NCBI GenBank assembly: GCA_035632815.1
Contig: DASQGB010000081.1
Location: 1 to 30,676, forward strand
Source of the DNA: Burkholderiales bacterium
Lineage (GTDB): Bacteria > Pseudomonadota > Gammaproteobacteria > Burkholderiales > SG8-39
Direction of reading: 5' to 3'
Length of the DNA: 30,676 nucleotides
Numbering within the stretch: the first letter of the stretch is position 1; the number at the start of each line of letters is the position of its first letter. The position numbers and the translations under genes were made by a program. Positions 1 through 10,803 of the stretch are shown here, in pieces. The notes under the pieces were generated by a model, which saw only the letters and a program-made list of their open reading frames with translations, had not been told where the DNA came from and did no database searches.

Positions 1-347
1 AGGAAATCGGTGATGCCGGCGTCGAGCGCGGCGTAGCGCACCTTGCGGTCGTCGTGCACCGTGACCATGACGATCGGCACGTGCTCGTAGCCCGGCAGCG
101 CGCGCAGGCGCTTCACGAACTCGATGCCGTCCATGTCGGGCATCATGTAGTCGACCAGCACCAGGTCGCTGACATGCCGCGTCGCCCAGACGATTGCGTC
201 GACCGGACGGGCAAAGCCTTCCACCGACACGCGCTCGTCGAGGCTGCGCACAACCTGCTCGAGAATTGCGCGGCCGGTCGACTGGTCGTCGACCACCATG
301 ACGGTGTTGCGCGCCGAAGGCAGGACCCTCACCTGAGCCTTGGCCAT
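1..347 (-). CDS. Response regulator, RpfG-like (REC domain; 3' part outside window)
   Basis: Manual translation: MAKAQVRVLPSARNTVMVVDDQSTGRAILEQVVRSL...DLVLVDYMMPDMDGIEFVKRLRALPGYEHVPIVMVT...AALDAGITDFL. It has the REC acidic pair, the phospho-Asp (DYMMP) and the conserved Thr, and resembles the Xanthomonas RpfG REC domain. GGGGGA SD before the ATG. The HD-GYP domain is not visible in the window. Confidence 0.85.
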   Translation of the reverse strand, partial: MAKAQVRVLPSARNTVMVVDDQSTGRAILEQVVRSLDERVSVEGFARPVDAIVWATRHVSDLVLVDYMMPDMDGIEFVKRLRALPGYEHVPIVMVTVHDDRKVRYAALDAGITDF

Positions 348-455
348 GATTCCCCCTGGAAAGAACACCCGGCCGGGACAGCCTACGCCCGGCCCCCTGG
401 CGTGTCTAGGCGGACCGGGCGCAAACCACGCATTTTGTCACGCTTGGGCGAAGGG

Positions 456-539
456 TGCCGGAAGAGAGACTCGAACTCTCATGACCTTGCGGTCGGCGGA
501 TTTTGAGTCCGCTGCGTCTACCGGTTCCGCCATTCCGGC
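456..539 (-). tRNA. tRNA-Leu(CAA)
   Basis: Reverse complement GCCGGAATGGCGGAACCGGTAGACGCAGCGGACTCAAAATCCGCCGACCGCAAGGTCATGAGAGTTCGAGTCTCTCTTCCGGCA: acceptor stem GCCGGAA/TTCCGGC, anticodon stem GCGGA-CTCAAAA-TCCGC, long variable arm GACC-GCAA-GGTC, TTCGA T-loop. The 3' end reads ACCC, so CCA is not fully encoded. Confidence 0.96.
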
Positions 540-556
540 GCTCATTTCGCTTGGGA

Positions 557-577
557 CGGCGAAATTATAATTCGCCG
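557..577. promoter_or_regulatory. Palindromic bidirectional -10 element for tRNA-Leu and queA
   Basis: CGGCGAA-ATTATAA-TTCGCCG inverted repeat. TATAAT on + (566-571) is 8 nt before the queA ATG; TATAAT on - (564-569) points at the tRNA. Confidence 0.7.
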
Positions 578-579
578 GG

Positions 580-2663
<2,084 letters not shown>

Positions 2664-2689
2664 TTCGCCGTTTCTCACGGAGTCCCGCA

Positions 2690-3013
2690 GTGATCATATC
2701 CCCAGCGTACGCGCAGGCCGCCGGCGGCGGCGATCCGGGCTTCATCGGCTTCCTGCCGATCATCCTGATGTTCGTGCTGCTGTATTTCCTCATGATCCGC
2801 CCCCAAATGAGGCGCGCCAAGGAGCAGAAGGCGATGATCGAGGCGCTGCAGAAGGGCGACGAGGTGGTGACCTCCGGCGGCGTGGTCGGCAGGATCACCA
2901 AGCTCGGCGACCAGTACCTCACCCTGGAAATCGCGCCCAACACCGAGATCGTAGTTCAGCGCGCCGCCGTGCAGGTGCCGTTACCCAAGGGAACGCTGAA
3001 AAGCATCCAGTAA
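2690..3013 (+). CDS. yajC: Preprotein translocase subunit YajC
   Basis: One TM helix followed by FLMIRPQ..R.KE.KAM...LQKGDEVVTSGG; canonical position; GTG start with GGAG SD. Confidence 0.96.
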   Translation: MIISPAYAQAAGGGDPGFIGFLPIILMFVLLYFLMIRPQMRRAKEQKAMIEALQKGDEVVTSGGVVGRITKLGDQYLTLEIAPNTEIVVQRAAVQVPLPKGTLKSIQ

Positions 3014-4897
3014 GTGAACCGTTTCCCGACCTGGAAGTACGCGCTGATCGGCCTGTCGATCCTCGCCGCCTTCCTCTACACGCTGCCGAACTTCTTCGGC
3101 GAGTCGCCCGCGGTCCAGGTGTCGAGCGCGCGCGCCACGCTGAAGGTCGACCCCGGCCTCAGGAAGCGCGTCGAGGACGCGCTCGGGCAGGCCAGCGTCC
3201 CCTTCGGGGGGATCACGCTCGACCAGAGCAGCCTGCGCGTACGCTTCGCCGACCCGGACACCCAGCTAAAGGCGAGGGATGTGATCCACGCCGCGCTCAA
3301 CCCGGGCGCATCGGCGCAGGCGACGCCCGAGGAAGACCCGAACGTGAGCTACGTGGTGGCGCTGAACCTGGTGCCCGCTTCGCCGCGCTGGCTCGCGGCG
3401 ATCGGCGCCCTGCCTATGTACCTCGGGCTCGACCTGCGCGGCGGAGTGCATTTCCTGCTCCAGGTCGACATGCAGGCGGCGATCACCAAGCACCTGGAGA
3501 GCCTCGCCAGCGACCTGCGCTCGCAGCTGCGCGAGAAGAACATCCGCCACGGCGGCATCACGCGCGAGGGCCAGACGCTGCGCCTGCGCGTGCGCGACGC
3601 CGCGACGCGCGACCAGGCGAGAAACGCGATCCTCGCAGCCGTTCCCGACCTCGCCCTCGCCGAGCGCGAGGACGGCCAGGACTTCCTGCTGGTCGCCACG
3701 CTGAAGCCCGAGTCGGTGAAGCGCACGCAGGAGTACGCGCTCAAGCAGAACATCACCACCCTGCACAACCGCATCAACGAGCTGGGCGTCGCCGAGCCGA
3801 TCATCCAGCAGCAGGGCGCCGAGCGCATCGTGGTGCAGCTGCCGGGCGTGCAGGACGTGACGCGCGCCAAGCGCCTCATCGGTCGCACCGCCAGCCTCGA
3901 GATCCGCATGGTCGACGAGGAGAAGATGACGCCCGAGAACCTCGCCGCCGGAGCGAAGGGCCAGCCGCCGTTCGGCACCGAGTACTACGTCGAGCGCAAC
4001 GGCCAGCCGGTGCTGGTGAAGCGTCAGGTGGTGCTCACCGGCGACCGGCTCACCGACGCGCAGCCCGGCTTCGACTCGCAGACCAACGAACCTGCGGTGC
4101 ACCTGCGCCTCGACGGCCAAGGCGCGCGCATTTTCCAGGAGGTGACGCGCGAGAACATCAACAAGCGCATGGCCATCCTGCTCGTCGAGAAGGGCAAGGG
4201 TGAGGTGATCACCGCGCCGGTGATCCGCAGCGAGATCCCCGGCGGCCGCGTGCAGATCTCGGGCCGCATGTCGACGCAGGAGGCGAGCGACGTCGCGCTG
4301 CTCCTGCGCGCGGGCGCGCTCGCGGCGCCGATGGAGATCATCGAGGAGCGCACCGTCGGGCCGAGCCTCGGCCGCGACAACATCGAGAAGGGCTTCAACG
4401 CGACGCAGTGGGGCTTCATCGCCATCGTCGCCTTCATGACGGTGTATTACGCGCTGTTCGGCCTGATCTCGTCGGTCGCGCTGGGCGTCAACCTGCTGCT
4501 GCTGGTCGCGCTGCTGTCGCTGCTGCAGGCGACGCTGACGCTTCCCGGCATCGCCGCCATCGCTCTCACGCTGGGCATGGCGATCGACGCCAACGTGCTG
4601 ATCAACGAGCGAATACGCGAAGAACTCCGAGGGGGATCCACCCCTCAGGCGGCCATCCATGCAGGATACGAGCGCGCCTGGGCGACGATCCTCGACTCCA
4701 ACGTCACCACCTTCATCGTCGGCCTGTCGCTGCTCATGGTGCCCGGAGCGGTGCGCGGCTTCGCGGTGGTGCACTGCCTGGGCATCCTGACCTCGATGTA
4801 TTCCGCGGTGGTGGTGTCGCGCGCCATCGTCAACCTGGTGTACGGCCATCGGCGGCGCGTAGCGCACCTGTCGATCGGCGACACCGCCTGGAAGTGA
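3014..4897 (+). CDS. secD: Protein translocase subunit SecD
   Basis: LGLDLRGGVHF, NRINELGVAEPIIQQQG..RIVVQLPG, ERTVGPSLG, GMAIDANVLINERIREE, ILDSNVTT. Confidence 0.98.
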   Translation: MNRFPTWKYALIGLSILAAFLYTLPNFFGESPAVQVSSARATLKVDPGLRKRVEDALGQASVPFGGITLDQSSLRVRFADPDTQLKARDVIHAALNPGASAQATPEEDPNVSYVVALNLVPASPRWLAAIGALPMYLGLDLRGGVHFLLQVDMQAAITKHLESLASDLRSQLREKNIRHGGITREGQTLRLRVRDAATRDQARNAILAAVPDLALAEREDGQDFLLVATLKPESVKRTQEYALKQNITTLHNRINELGVAEPIIQQQGAERIVVQLPGVQDVTRAKRLIGRTASLEIRMVDEEKMTPENLAAGAKGQPPFGTEYYVERNGQPVLVKRQVVLTGDRLTDAQPGFDSQTNEPAVHLRLDGQGARIFQEVTRENINKRMAILLVEKGKGEVITAPVIRSEIPGGRVQISGRMSTQEASDVALLLRAGALAAPMEIIEERTVGPSLGRDNIEKGFNATQWGFIAIVAFMTVYYALFGLISSVALGVNLLLLVALLSLLQATLTLPGIAAIALTLGMAIDANVLINERIREELRGGSTPQAAIHAGYERAWATILDSNVTTFIVGLSLLMVPGAVRGFAVVHCLGILTSMYSAVVVSRAIVNLVYGHRRRVAHLSIGDTAWK

Positions 4898-4902
4898 GCT
4901 GA

Positions 4903-5844
4903 ATGGAATTCTTCAAGATCCGCCGCACCATCCCGTTCATGCGGCATGCGCTGGTGTTCAACGTCATCTCGGCGATCACCTTCCTCGCCGCGGTGTTCTT
5001 CCTCTTCAGCAAGGGCCTCAACTTCTCGGTCGAGTTCACCGGCGGCACCCTGCTCGAGATCGGCTACCAGCAGCCGGCCAACGTCGACGGCATCCGCCAG
5101 ACGCTGGATAAGGCCGGCTACAAGGCCGAGGTGCAGAACTTCGGCACCTCGCGCGAGGTGCTGATCCGCATGCACCTGGACAAGAACCAGTCGAGCGCCG
5201 ACCTGTCGCAGAAAGTGCTGGAGATCCTCAAGGACGCGGACAAGTCCGCCGAGCTCAGGCGGGTCGAGTTCGTCGGGCCGCAGGTCGGCAACGAGCTGGC
5301 CGAGTACGGCGCGGTGGCGCTGCTGGTGACGGCGACCCTGATCGTGCTGTACCTGTGGCTGCGCTTCGAGTGGCGCTTCGGCCTGTCGGGCATCATCGCC
5401 AACCTGCACGACGTGGTGATCATCCTGGGCTTCTTCGCCTTCTTCCAGTGGGAGTTCTCCCTCGCGGTGCTGGCGGCGGTGCTGGCCGTGCTCGGCTACT
5501 CGGTGAACGAGTCGGTGGTGGTGTTCGACCGGGTGCGCGAGAACTTCCGCAAGATGCGCAAGGCCTCGACCGCCGAGGTGATCGATGCCGCCATCACCGG
5601 AGTCATCTCGCGCACATTCATCACCCACCTGTGCACCCAGATAATGGCCACCACCATGCTGCTCTTCGGCGGCCAGGCGCTGCACAACTTCGCCATCGCT
5701 CTCACCATCGGCATCTGCTTCGGCATCTACTCCTCGGTGCTGGTGGCGAGCCCGCTGGTCATGTGGCTCGGCGCCAAGCGCGACCAGTTCGTGCGTCCGG
5801 TGAAGCGCGACCGCCGCGACGAGCACGAAGGCGCCGTGGTTTGA
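4903..5844 (+). CDS. secF: Protein translocase subunit SecF
   Basis: GLNFSVEFTGG, RVEFVGPQVG, HDVVIILG, LGYSVNESVVVFDRVRENF. Confidence 0.98.
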   Translation: MEFFKIRRTIPFMRHALVFNVISAITFLAAVFFLFSKGLNFSVEFTGGTLLEIGYQQPANVDGIRQTLDKAGYKAEVQNFGTSREVLIRMHLDKNQSSADLSQKVLEILKDADKSAELRRVEFVGPQVGNELAEYGAVALLVTATLIVLYLWLRFEWRFGLSGIIANLHDVVIILGFFAFFQWEFSLAVLAAVLAVLGYSVNESVVVFDRVRENFRKMRKASTAEVIDAAITGVISRTFITHLCTQIMATTMLLFGGQALHNFAIALTIGICFGIYSSVLVASPLVMWLGAKRDQFVRPVKRDRRDEHEGAVV

Positions 5845-5977
5845 CTATTTAAGGACGCCAGGAAGCCGCGCAGCGCGATCGAGGCGGCACAAAGGACTTG
5901 CTAGCCACACCCGGGAAGGACGCTCGGATCGCGTTCGGCAATACCGTTGTGGTCTAAATCGTGATACTCACAAAAAC

Positions 5978-5986
5978 TGTGGATAA
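5978..5986. promoter_or_regulatory. Perfect DnaA box (TGTGGATAA = TTATCCACA on -)
   Basis: Exact match to the established DnaA-box consensus in an AT-rich spacer (21/60 GC at 5941-6000), flanked by the inverted repeat TACTCACA (5965-5972) / TGTGAGTA (5990-5997). Function not demonstrated. Confidence 0.55.
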
Positions 5987-6192
5987 ATATGTGAGTAGTT
6001 CCGAAATCTGAAACCGCGACGCAGAGCGACAAGCTCCCCAAGCGGGTCCTGATTAAATATTCAGCACAGAATTCGCGAGCCGTGCCAAGCGCTTACTGCA
6101 AGGAATCGGGCTCCGCAGGCCGCAAAGGCAAGTTGGCGCGTCGCTTAAGGACGACAGCGCCGTTCGAGGGGATAAGTTAGTAGGTCTTAGGT

Positions 6193-8199
6193 TTACTTCA
6201 GGATCTGTATGAGGTTGGAGTAGTCGTCGGTCCAGGTGCGCCACTCGGGCCGGTCCGCGGCCGGCTCGGCGCCCGCCTCGACGATCCTGTCGGTCTTCAG
6301 CGCCGCGGGGTCGCGCGACACCAGCACCCAGTCGCTCCTCGAGCGCGAGCTGTCCTCCTCCTCGTCGGGGTCGTCGCGCACGACGACCGCATGAGCGCCC
6401 TGCTCCTTCGCGATGCGCGCCACCACGGGGACCAGGTCGAGAAATCGGTTCGAGACGTGGAAGGCGACGATTCCGTCCTTGGCGACGTGCTTGAGGTACG
6501 TGCCCAGGGCCTCGCGCGTGATGAGGTGGACCGGAATGGCGTCGCTCGAGAAAGCGTCGACCGCGAGCACGTCGAAGCCCCGCGGCGGCTCGCGCTCCAG
6601 CACCAGCCGCGCATCGCCGAGCGCGAGCTCGATCGCCGCCGCGCTGTCGGCGAGGTAGGTGAATTCGCTCTTGGCGAGCTGCATCACGCGCGCGTCGATG
6701 TCGTAGAAGCGGTACACGTCGCCCCTGCGGCCGTAGGCGGCGATGGTGCCGGTGCCCAGGCCGATGACCCCGACGCGCATCGGCCGGTCCTGCTTCGAGT
6801 GGATGGCGGCGCCGATGCCCGAAGGCTCCTGGTAATACGTGGTCAGGTTCCTGCGCGCCGATTCGCTCAGGTACTGCTCGCCGTGCATGATCGTGCCGTG
6901 CACCAGGCGCCGCAGGTGGGCTTCGCCGCCAATGTCGTACTCCTTGACGCGCAGCACGCCGTAGAAGCTGCGCGTGGCGACACGCACGTCGCGTTGGCTT
7001 CTCAGGCCGTCATAGACCGCGCAGCCGGTGACGCCGAACAGCACCGCGAGGCTCGCGTAGCGAGCTATGCGGTTGAGCGCCGCGAAGCGGATCGCGGCAA
7101 GCGCGGCGACCACCACCAGAGCGACGCCGAGCTCGTAGTAGCCGTTGAAGGCGAGCGGTGCGACGACCGCCACCGCGAGGCCGCCGAGCACGCCGCCGGC
7201 CGAGATGACGAGGTAGAACGCGGTGAGCTGGCGCGGCGCGGGCCGCAGGCGGTACAGCTCGCCGTGGCAGAACAGGCATCCCAGGAACAGGCCAGACAGG
7301 TAGATGCCGAGTTGCAGCGGAAGGTTGTAGTGGTAGTCCGCGTCGACAAGCAGCCACGCCATCGCCCCGAGCCACACCAGCAGCAGGCTCCAGAGGAATT
7401 CGGGCCGGTACCAGCCCCTGCCCTCGAAGGCGATGATGAAGGTGGCGAGGTACAGCGTCAGCGGCACCAGCCAGAGCAAGGGCACCGAGGCAACGTTCTG
7501 CGTGAGATGGTTTGTCACCGCGAGCAGCAGCATCGACCCGGTGGCCGAGAGCGCGAGCCATAGCCAATATGGATTTTTCTCGCTCGGGACGGCCGTTTCG
7601 GCCTGCGATCTCGGGGAAACCGGCTGCGCCGGCGTCGTCCAGGCAACCGCGGCGCACAGGGCGGCGAAAGCGGCGAACATCCAGGACCACGCGGCCACCT
7701 GCTCGCCCGAGGTGAAGATTGGTTCGACCGCGAAAGGGTAGCCGAGCAGCGCGATCAGCGAAGCGAGGTTCGACACGGCGAACAGGGGATACGGATTGGC
7801 CTGGGGCCTCGCGCGCACGTACCAGGCCTGCAGCAGCGGGCTGGTCGAAGCCAGCAGGAAATACGGCAGGCCGACCGTCGCGGCGAGGAGCAGCAGGATG
7901 TGGCTGATCGGCTCGACTTCGCCCGAGGGCTTCCACGACTCGGCGGGCGAGATCGGCAGCACCGCTAGCGCTGCGATCAGCAGCACGGTGTGCACAAGGG
8001 GTTGCAACTTCCCTTTCACGCGCACGTTCAGGAAATGCGCATAGGCATATCCCGCCAGCAGCAGCGCCTGGAAGAACAGCATGCAGGTCGTCCACACCGC
8101 CGCGCTGCCGCCGAACCACGGCAGGATCAGCCGGGCGATCAGCGGCTGAACGAGGAACAGCAGGAACGACGACAGGAAAATCGTACCGGCGTAAAGCAC
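6193..8199 (-). CDS. Fused multi-TM membrane domain / spermidine-synthase-like SAM-binding protein
   Basis: About 12 hydrophobic segments, then VHGTIMHGEQ, the SAM loop VGVIGLGTGTIAAY, VLAVDAFSSDAIPVHL and WTDDYSN. Confidence 0.85.
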   Translation of the reverse strand: MLYAGTIFLSSFLLFLVQPLIARLILPWFGGSAAVWTTCMLFFQALLLAGYAYAHFLNVRVKGKLQPLVHTVLLIAALAVLPISPAESWKPSGEVEPISHILLLLAATVGLPYFLLASTSPLLQAWYVRARPQANPYPLFAVSNLASLIALLGYPFAVEPIFTSGEQVAAWSWMFAAFAALCAAVAWTTPAQPVSPRSQAETAVPSEKNPYWLWLALSATGSMLLLAVTNHLTQNVASVPLLWLVPLTLYLATFIIAFEGRGWYRPEFLWSLLLVWLGAMAWLLVDADYHYNLPLQLGIYLSGLFLGCLFCHGELYRLRPAPRQLTAFYLVISAGGVLGGLAVAVVAPLAFNGYYELGVALVVVAALAAIRFAALNRIARYASLAVLFGVTGCAVYDGLRSQRDVRVATRSFYGVLRVKEYDIGGEAHLRRLVHGTIMHGEQYLSESARRNLTTYYQEPSGIGAAIHSKQDRPMRVGVIGLGTGTIAAYGRRGDVYRFYDIDARVMQLAKSEFTYLADSAAAIELALGDARLVLEREPPRGFDVLAVDAFSSDAIPVHLITREALGTYLKHVAKDGIVAFHVSNRFLDLVPVVARIAKEQGAHAVVVRDDPDEEEDSSRSRSDWVLVSRDPAALKTDRIVEAGAEPAADRPEWRTWTDDYSNLIQILK

Positions 8200-8215
8200 T
8201 CTTGCTCGCCTTCTC

Positions 8216-9580
8216 TTAGACGCGCTTCGCGAGCTCGGCGGCGAGGCCGGTGTATTTGGCGGGAGTGAGGGCGAGCAGGCGCTTCTTCGCCTCGGACGGG
8301 ATCGGCAGCTTCTTCACGAACTCGGCGAGCTGGCGGCGCTCGAGGCGCTTGCCGCGGGTGATCGCCTTGAGCTTTTCGTAGGCGTCGGGAACGCCATGAC
8401 GGCGCATCACCTGCTGCACCGCTTCGGCGAGCACTTCCCAGTTCGCCTCCAGGTCGGCCGCGAGCCGCCGACCATCGACCTGCAGCTTGCTCAGGCCCCG
8501 CATGCAGGCGGCGTAGGCGAGCAGAGTGTGGCCGAGCGCGGTGCCCACGTTTCGCTGTGCGGTCGAATCGGACAGATCGCGTTGCCAGCGCGATACCGGC
8601 AGCTTGTCGGCGAGGTGGCGAAGCAGGGCGTTGGCGACGCCGATGTTGCCCTCGGAGTTCTCGAAGTCGATCGGGTTCACCTTGTGCGGCATGGTCGAAG
8701 AGCCGACCTCGCCCTTCTTCGTTTTCTGCGTGAAGTAGCCGAGCGAGATATAGCCCCACAGGTCGCGGTCGAGATCTAGCACCACGGTATTTGCCCGCGT
8801 GTACGCGTCGAGCAGCTCGGCGAGCCAGTCGTGCGGTTCGATCTGGGTGGTGTACGGATTGAACCCGAGGCCCAGCCGTTCGACGAAGCGGCGGCAGAAG
8901 CGCTCCCAGGCGAATCCCGGGTAGGCGGCGACGTGGGCGTTGTAGTTGCCGACCGCGCCGTTGACCTTGCCGAGCGCCTCGACGCGCGCGATACGCTCGC
9001 GCGCGCGCCCAAGGCGATGCGCGAAGTTCGCCAGCTCCTTGCCGAGGGTGGTCGGCGTCGCCGCCTGACCGTGCGTGCGGGAAAGCATCGGTACGCCGGC
9101 GTGCTTCCGGGCGAGTTGCTTGAGGACCTCGGTCAGCTGGTCGAGCCGAGGCAGCATGACCTTGGCACGCGCCTGCGACACCATCAGCGCGTACGCGAGG
9201 TTGTTGATGTCCTCGGAGGTGCAGGCGAAATGGACGAACTCGAGCGAGCGCTGCGCCTCCTTGCTCTTCGCGAGCTTGGCGCGCAGCCAGTACTCGATGG
9301 CCTTGACGTCGTGCTTGGTCTCGGCCTCGATGTTCTTGATGTGCTCGGCATCGCGCTCGGAGAAGTTCTTCACGAGCCCGTCAAAAGCAGCGATGGTGGA
9401 GCGTGAAAACGGCTTCAGCTCGCGGATCGCGCGCTCGGCGGCGAGCGCCTGCAGCCAGGCGAGCTCGATGCGCACGCGGTAGCGGATGAGCGCCTGCTCG
9501 CTGAAGTACTCGCGGAGGGGATCGGCCGTCCTGGCGTACCGGCCGTCGAGAGGCGACAGCGCGGCGAGCGGCGAAGGCAT
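8216..9580 (-). CDS. purB: Adenylosuccinate lyase
   Basis: ALSPLDGRY, TKHDVKAIEY, HFACTSEDINN, RTHGQAATPTT and the fumarase-family signature GSSTMPHKVNPIDFENSEGN, SRWQRDLSDST. Confidence 0.98.
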   Translation of the reverse strand: MPSPLAALSPLDGRYARTADPLREYFSEQALIRYRVRIELAWLQALAAERAIRELKPFSRSTIAAFDGLVKNFSERDAEHIKNIEAETKHDVKAIEYWLRAKLAKSKEAQRSLEFVHFACTSEDINNLAYALMVSQARAKVMLPRLDQLTEVLKQLARKHAGVPMLSRTHGQAATPTTLGKELANFAHRLGRARERIARVEALGKVNGAVGNYNAHVAAYPGFAWERFCRRFVERLGLGFNPYTTQIEPHDWLAELLDAYTRANTVVLDLDRDLWGYISLGYFTQKTKKGEVGSSTMPHKVNPIDFENSEGNIGVANALLRHLADKLPVSRWQRDLSDSTAQRNVGTALGHTLLAYAACMRGLSKLQVDGRRLAADLEANWEVLAEAVQQVMRRHGVPDAYEKLKAITRGKRLERRQLAEFVKKLPIPSEAKKRLLALTPAKYTGLAAELAKRV

Positions 9581-9587
9581 GGGGCTC

Positions 9588-9594
9588 TATTATA
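9588..9594. promoter_or_regulatory. Overlapping -10 boxes in the 20-bp purB/UDG divergent spacer
   Basis: TATAAT on - (9589-9594) is 8 nt before the purB ATG; TATTAT on + (9588-9593) is 7 nt before the UDG GTG; no SD on either side. Confidence 0.7.
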
Positions 9595-9600
9595 CGGGGC

Positions 9601-10173
9601 GTGAAGGATTCGCTTTCTCTGGTCGTGCGCGAGGCAAGGTCGTGCCGGCGTTGCGAGAGGCACCTCGCCCCCAATCCGGTGTTCCGCGTCGGCGCCAGCG
9701 CCCGCCTGCTGATCGTCGGGCAGGCGCCCGGGCGCCGCGTGCACGACACTGGCATTCCCTGGAACGATCCTTCGGGCGATGTCCTGCGCGACTGGCTGGC
9801 GATGGACCGCGAGCTCTTTTACGACACTTCGAGAATCGCGATCGTGCCGGCCGGGCTGTGCTACCCGGGAACCGTCGCCGGCGCCGATCTCCCGCCGCGG
9901 CGCGAATGCGCGCCCCTGTGGCAGCCGCGCTTTCGCGCCGCGCTGCCTTGCATCAAGCTTACGCTGCTGGTCGGAAGCTATGCGCAAGCTTTTTATCTTG
10001 AAAAGAGAATGAAACCCACTCTGGGTGAAACCGTGCGCTCTTACCGCGACTACCTGCCGCAGTTCTTCCCGCTGCCGCATCCGAGCTGGCGCAACAAGCG
10101 CTGGCTGCGAAACAATCCGTGGTTTGCGAAAGAGGTCCTGCCCGCCTTACGCAAACGCATCCGGGCGTTATAA
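9601..10173 (+). CDS. Uracil-DNA glycosylase-like family protein
   Basis: CRRC, LIVGQAPG..VH.TGIPWNDPSG, GLCYPG, DLPPRRECAP, LPHPSWRN. Confidence 0.88.
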   Translation: MKDSLSLVVREARSCRRCERHLAPNPVFRVGASARLLIVGQAPGRRVHDTGIPWNDPSGDVLRDWLAMDRELFYDTSRIAIVPAGLCYPGTVAGADLPPRRECAPLWQPRFRAALPCIKLTLLVGSYAQAFYLEKRMKPTLGETVRSYRDYLPQFFPLPHPSWRNKRWLRNNPWFAKEVLPALRKRIRAL

Positions 10174-10185
10174 TCCGCGCGCTCC

Positions 10186-10803
10186 ATGAAGCTCCTTTCC
10201 TCGCTAGCCAGCCCCTATACGCGCAAAGTGCGCATCGTCCTCGCAGAGAAGAAGGTCGAGTGCGAGCTCGAGCCGGTGGACGTGGTGCCGGTCGAGAATC
10301 CGGTCAACCCGCACAACCCCCTGGGCAAGATCCCGACGCTGATCCTCGACGACGGCACCGCGCTGTACGATTCGCGCGTCATCGTCGAGTTCCTCGACGC
10401 CGTCTCGCCGATCGGCCGGCTGATCCCCGACCAGATCCGCGACCGCGTGGCGGTGCGCCGCTGGGAGGCGCTCGCCGACGGCGTGACCGACGCCGGCATC
10501 CTGGTGCGCTACGAGTCGCTGCGCGACAAGAAGGAGCGCAGCCAGGCCTGGACCGACAAGCAGCTCGCGCGGATGCGCCGCGGGATGAAGCAACTCGAGA
10601 CCGAGCTGGCCGAGCGCGATTGGTGTCACACCGGCCGCTATTCGCTCGCCGACATCGCGCTCGGCTGCTGCGTCGGCTGGCTCGGTTTTCGCAGGCCGGG
10701 CGATGTCGACTGGCTGGCCAGGTATCCGACTTTGGCGCGGCACTATGGCAAATTGATGGAGCGGCCGGCTTTCGCCGACACGGTTCCCCAGGCGCCTAAG
10801 TAA
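10186..10803 (+). CDS. Glutathione S-transferase family protein
   Basis: [50 protein letters not shown]. Confidence 0.93.
   Translation: MKLLSSLASPYTRKVRIVLAEKKVECELEPVDVVPVENPVNPHNPLGKIPTLILDDGTALYDSRVIVEFLDAVSPIGRLIPDQIRDRVAVRRWEALADGVTDAGILVRYESLRDKKERSQAWTDKQLARMRRGMKQLETELAERDWCHTGRYSLADIALGCCVGWLGFRRPGDVDWLARYPTLARHYGKLMERPAFADTVPQAPK

Noticed and set aside
415-430. GGGCGCAAACC resembling the start of a c-di-GMP-I riboswitch near the RpfG-like gene
   Set aside because: It is on the wrong strand for that gene, and the GNRA stem and second paired region are absent
456-539. tRNA-Leu as an integration site for an island or prophage
   Set aside because: No duplicate of the tRNA 3' end and no integrase was seen in the window
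3266-4867. Long antisense ORFs (533 aa here; also 4645..5826, 6391..7563, 13535..14800, 24729..26639)
   Set aside because: They lie opposite well-supported genes and are Arg/Ala/Gly/His-rich shadow frames typical of high-GC DNA, with no motifs
6049-6064. CTGA-N8-TCAG as a LexA box
   Set aside because: The fourth position of both half-sites departs from CTGT/CTGG, and there is no gene start nearby to regulate
5845-6192. Calling the DnaA-box spacer oriC
   Set aside because: Only one perfect box, no evident DUE repeats, and no dnaA/gidA/parAB context
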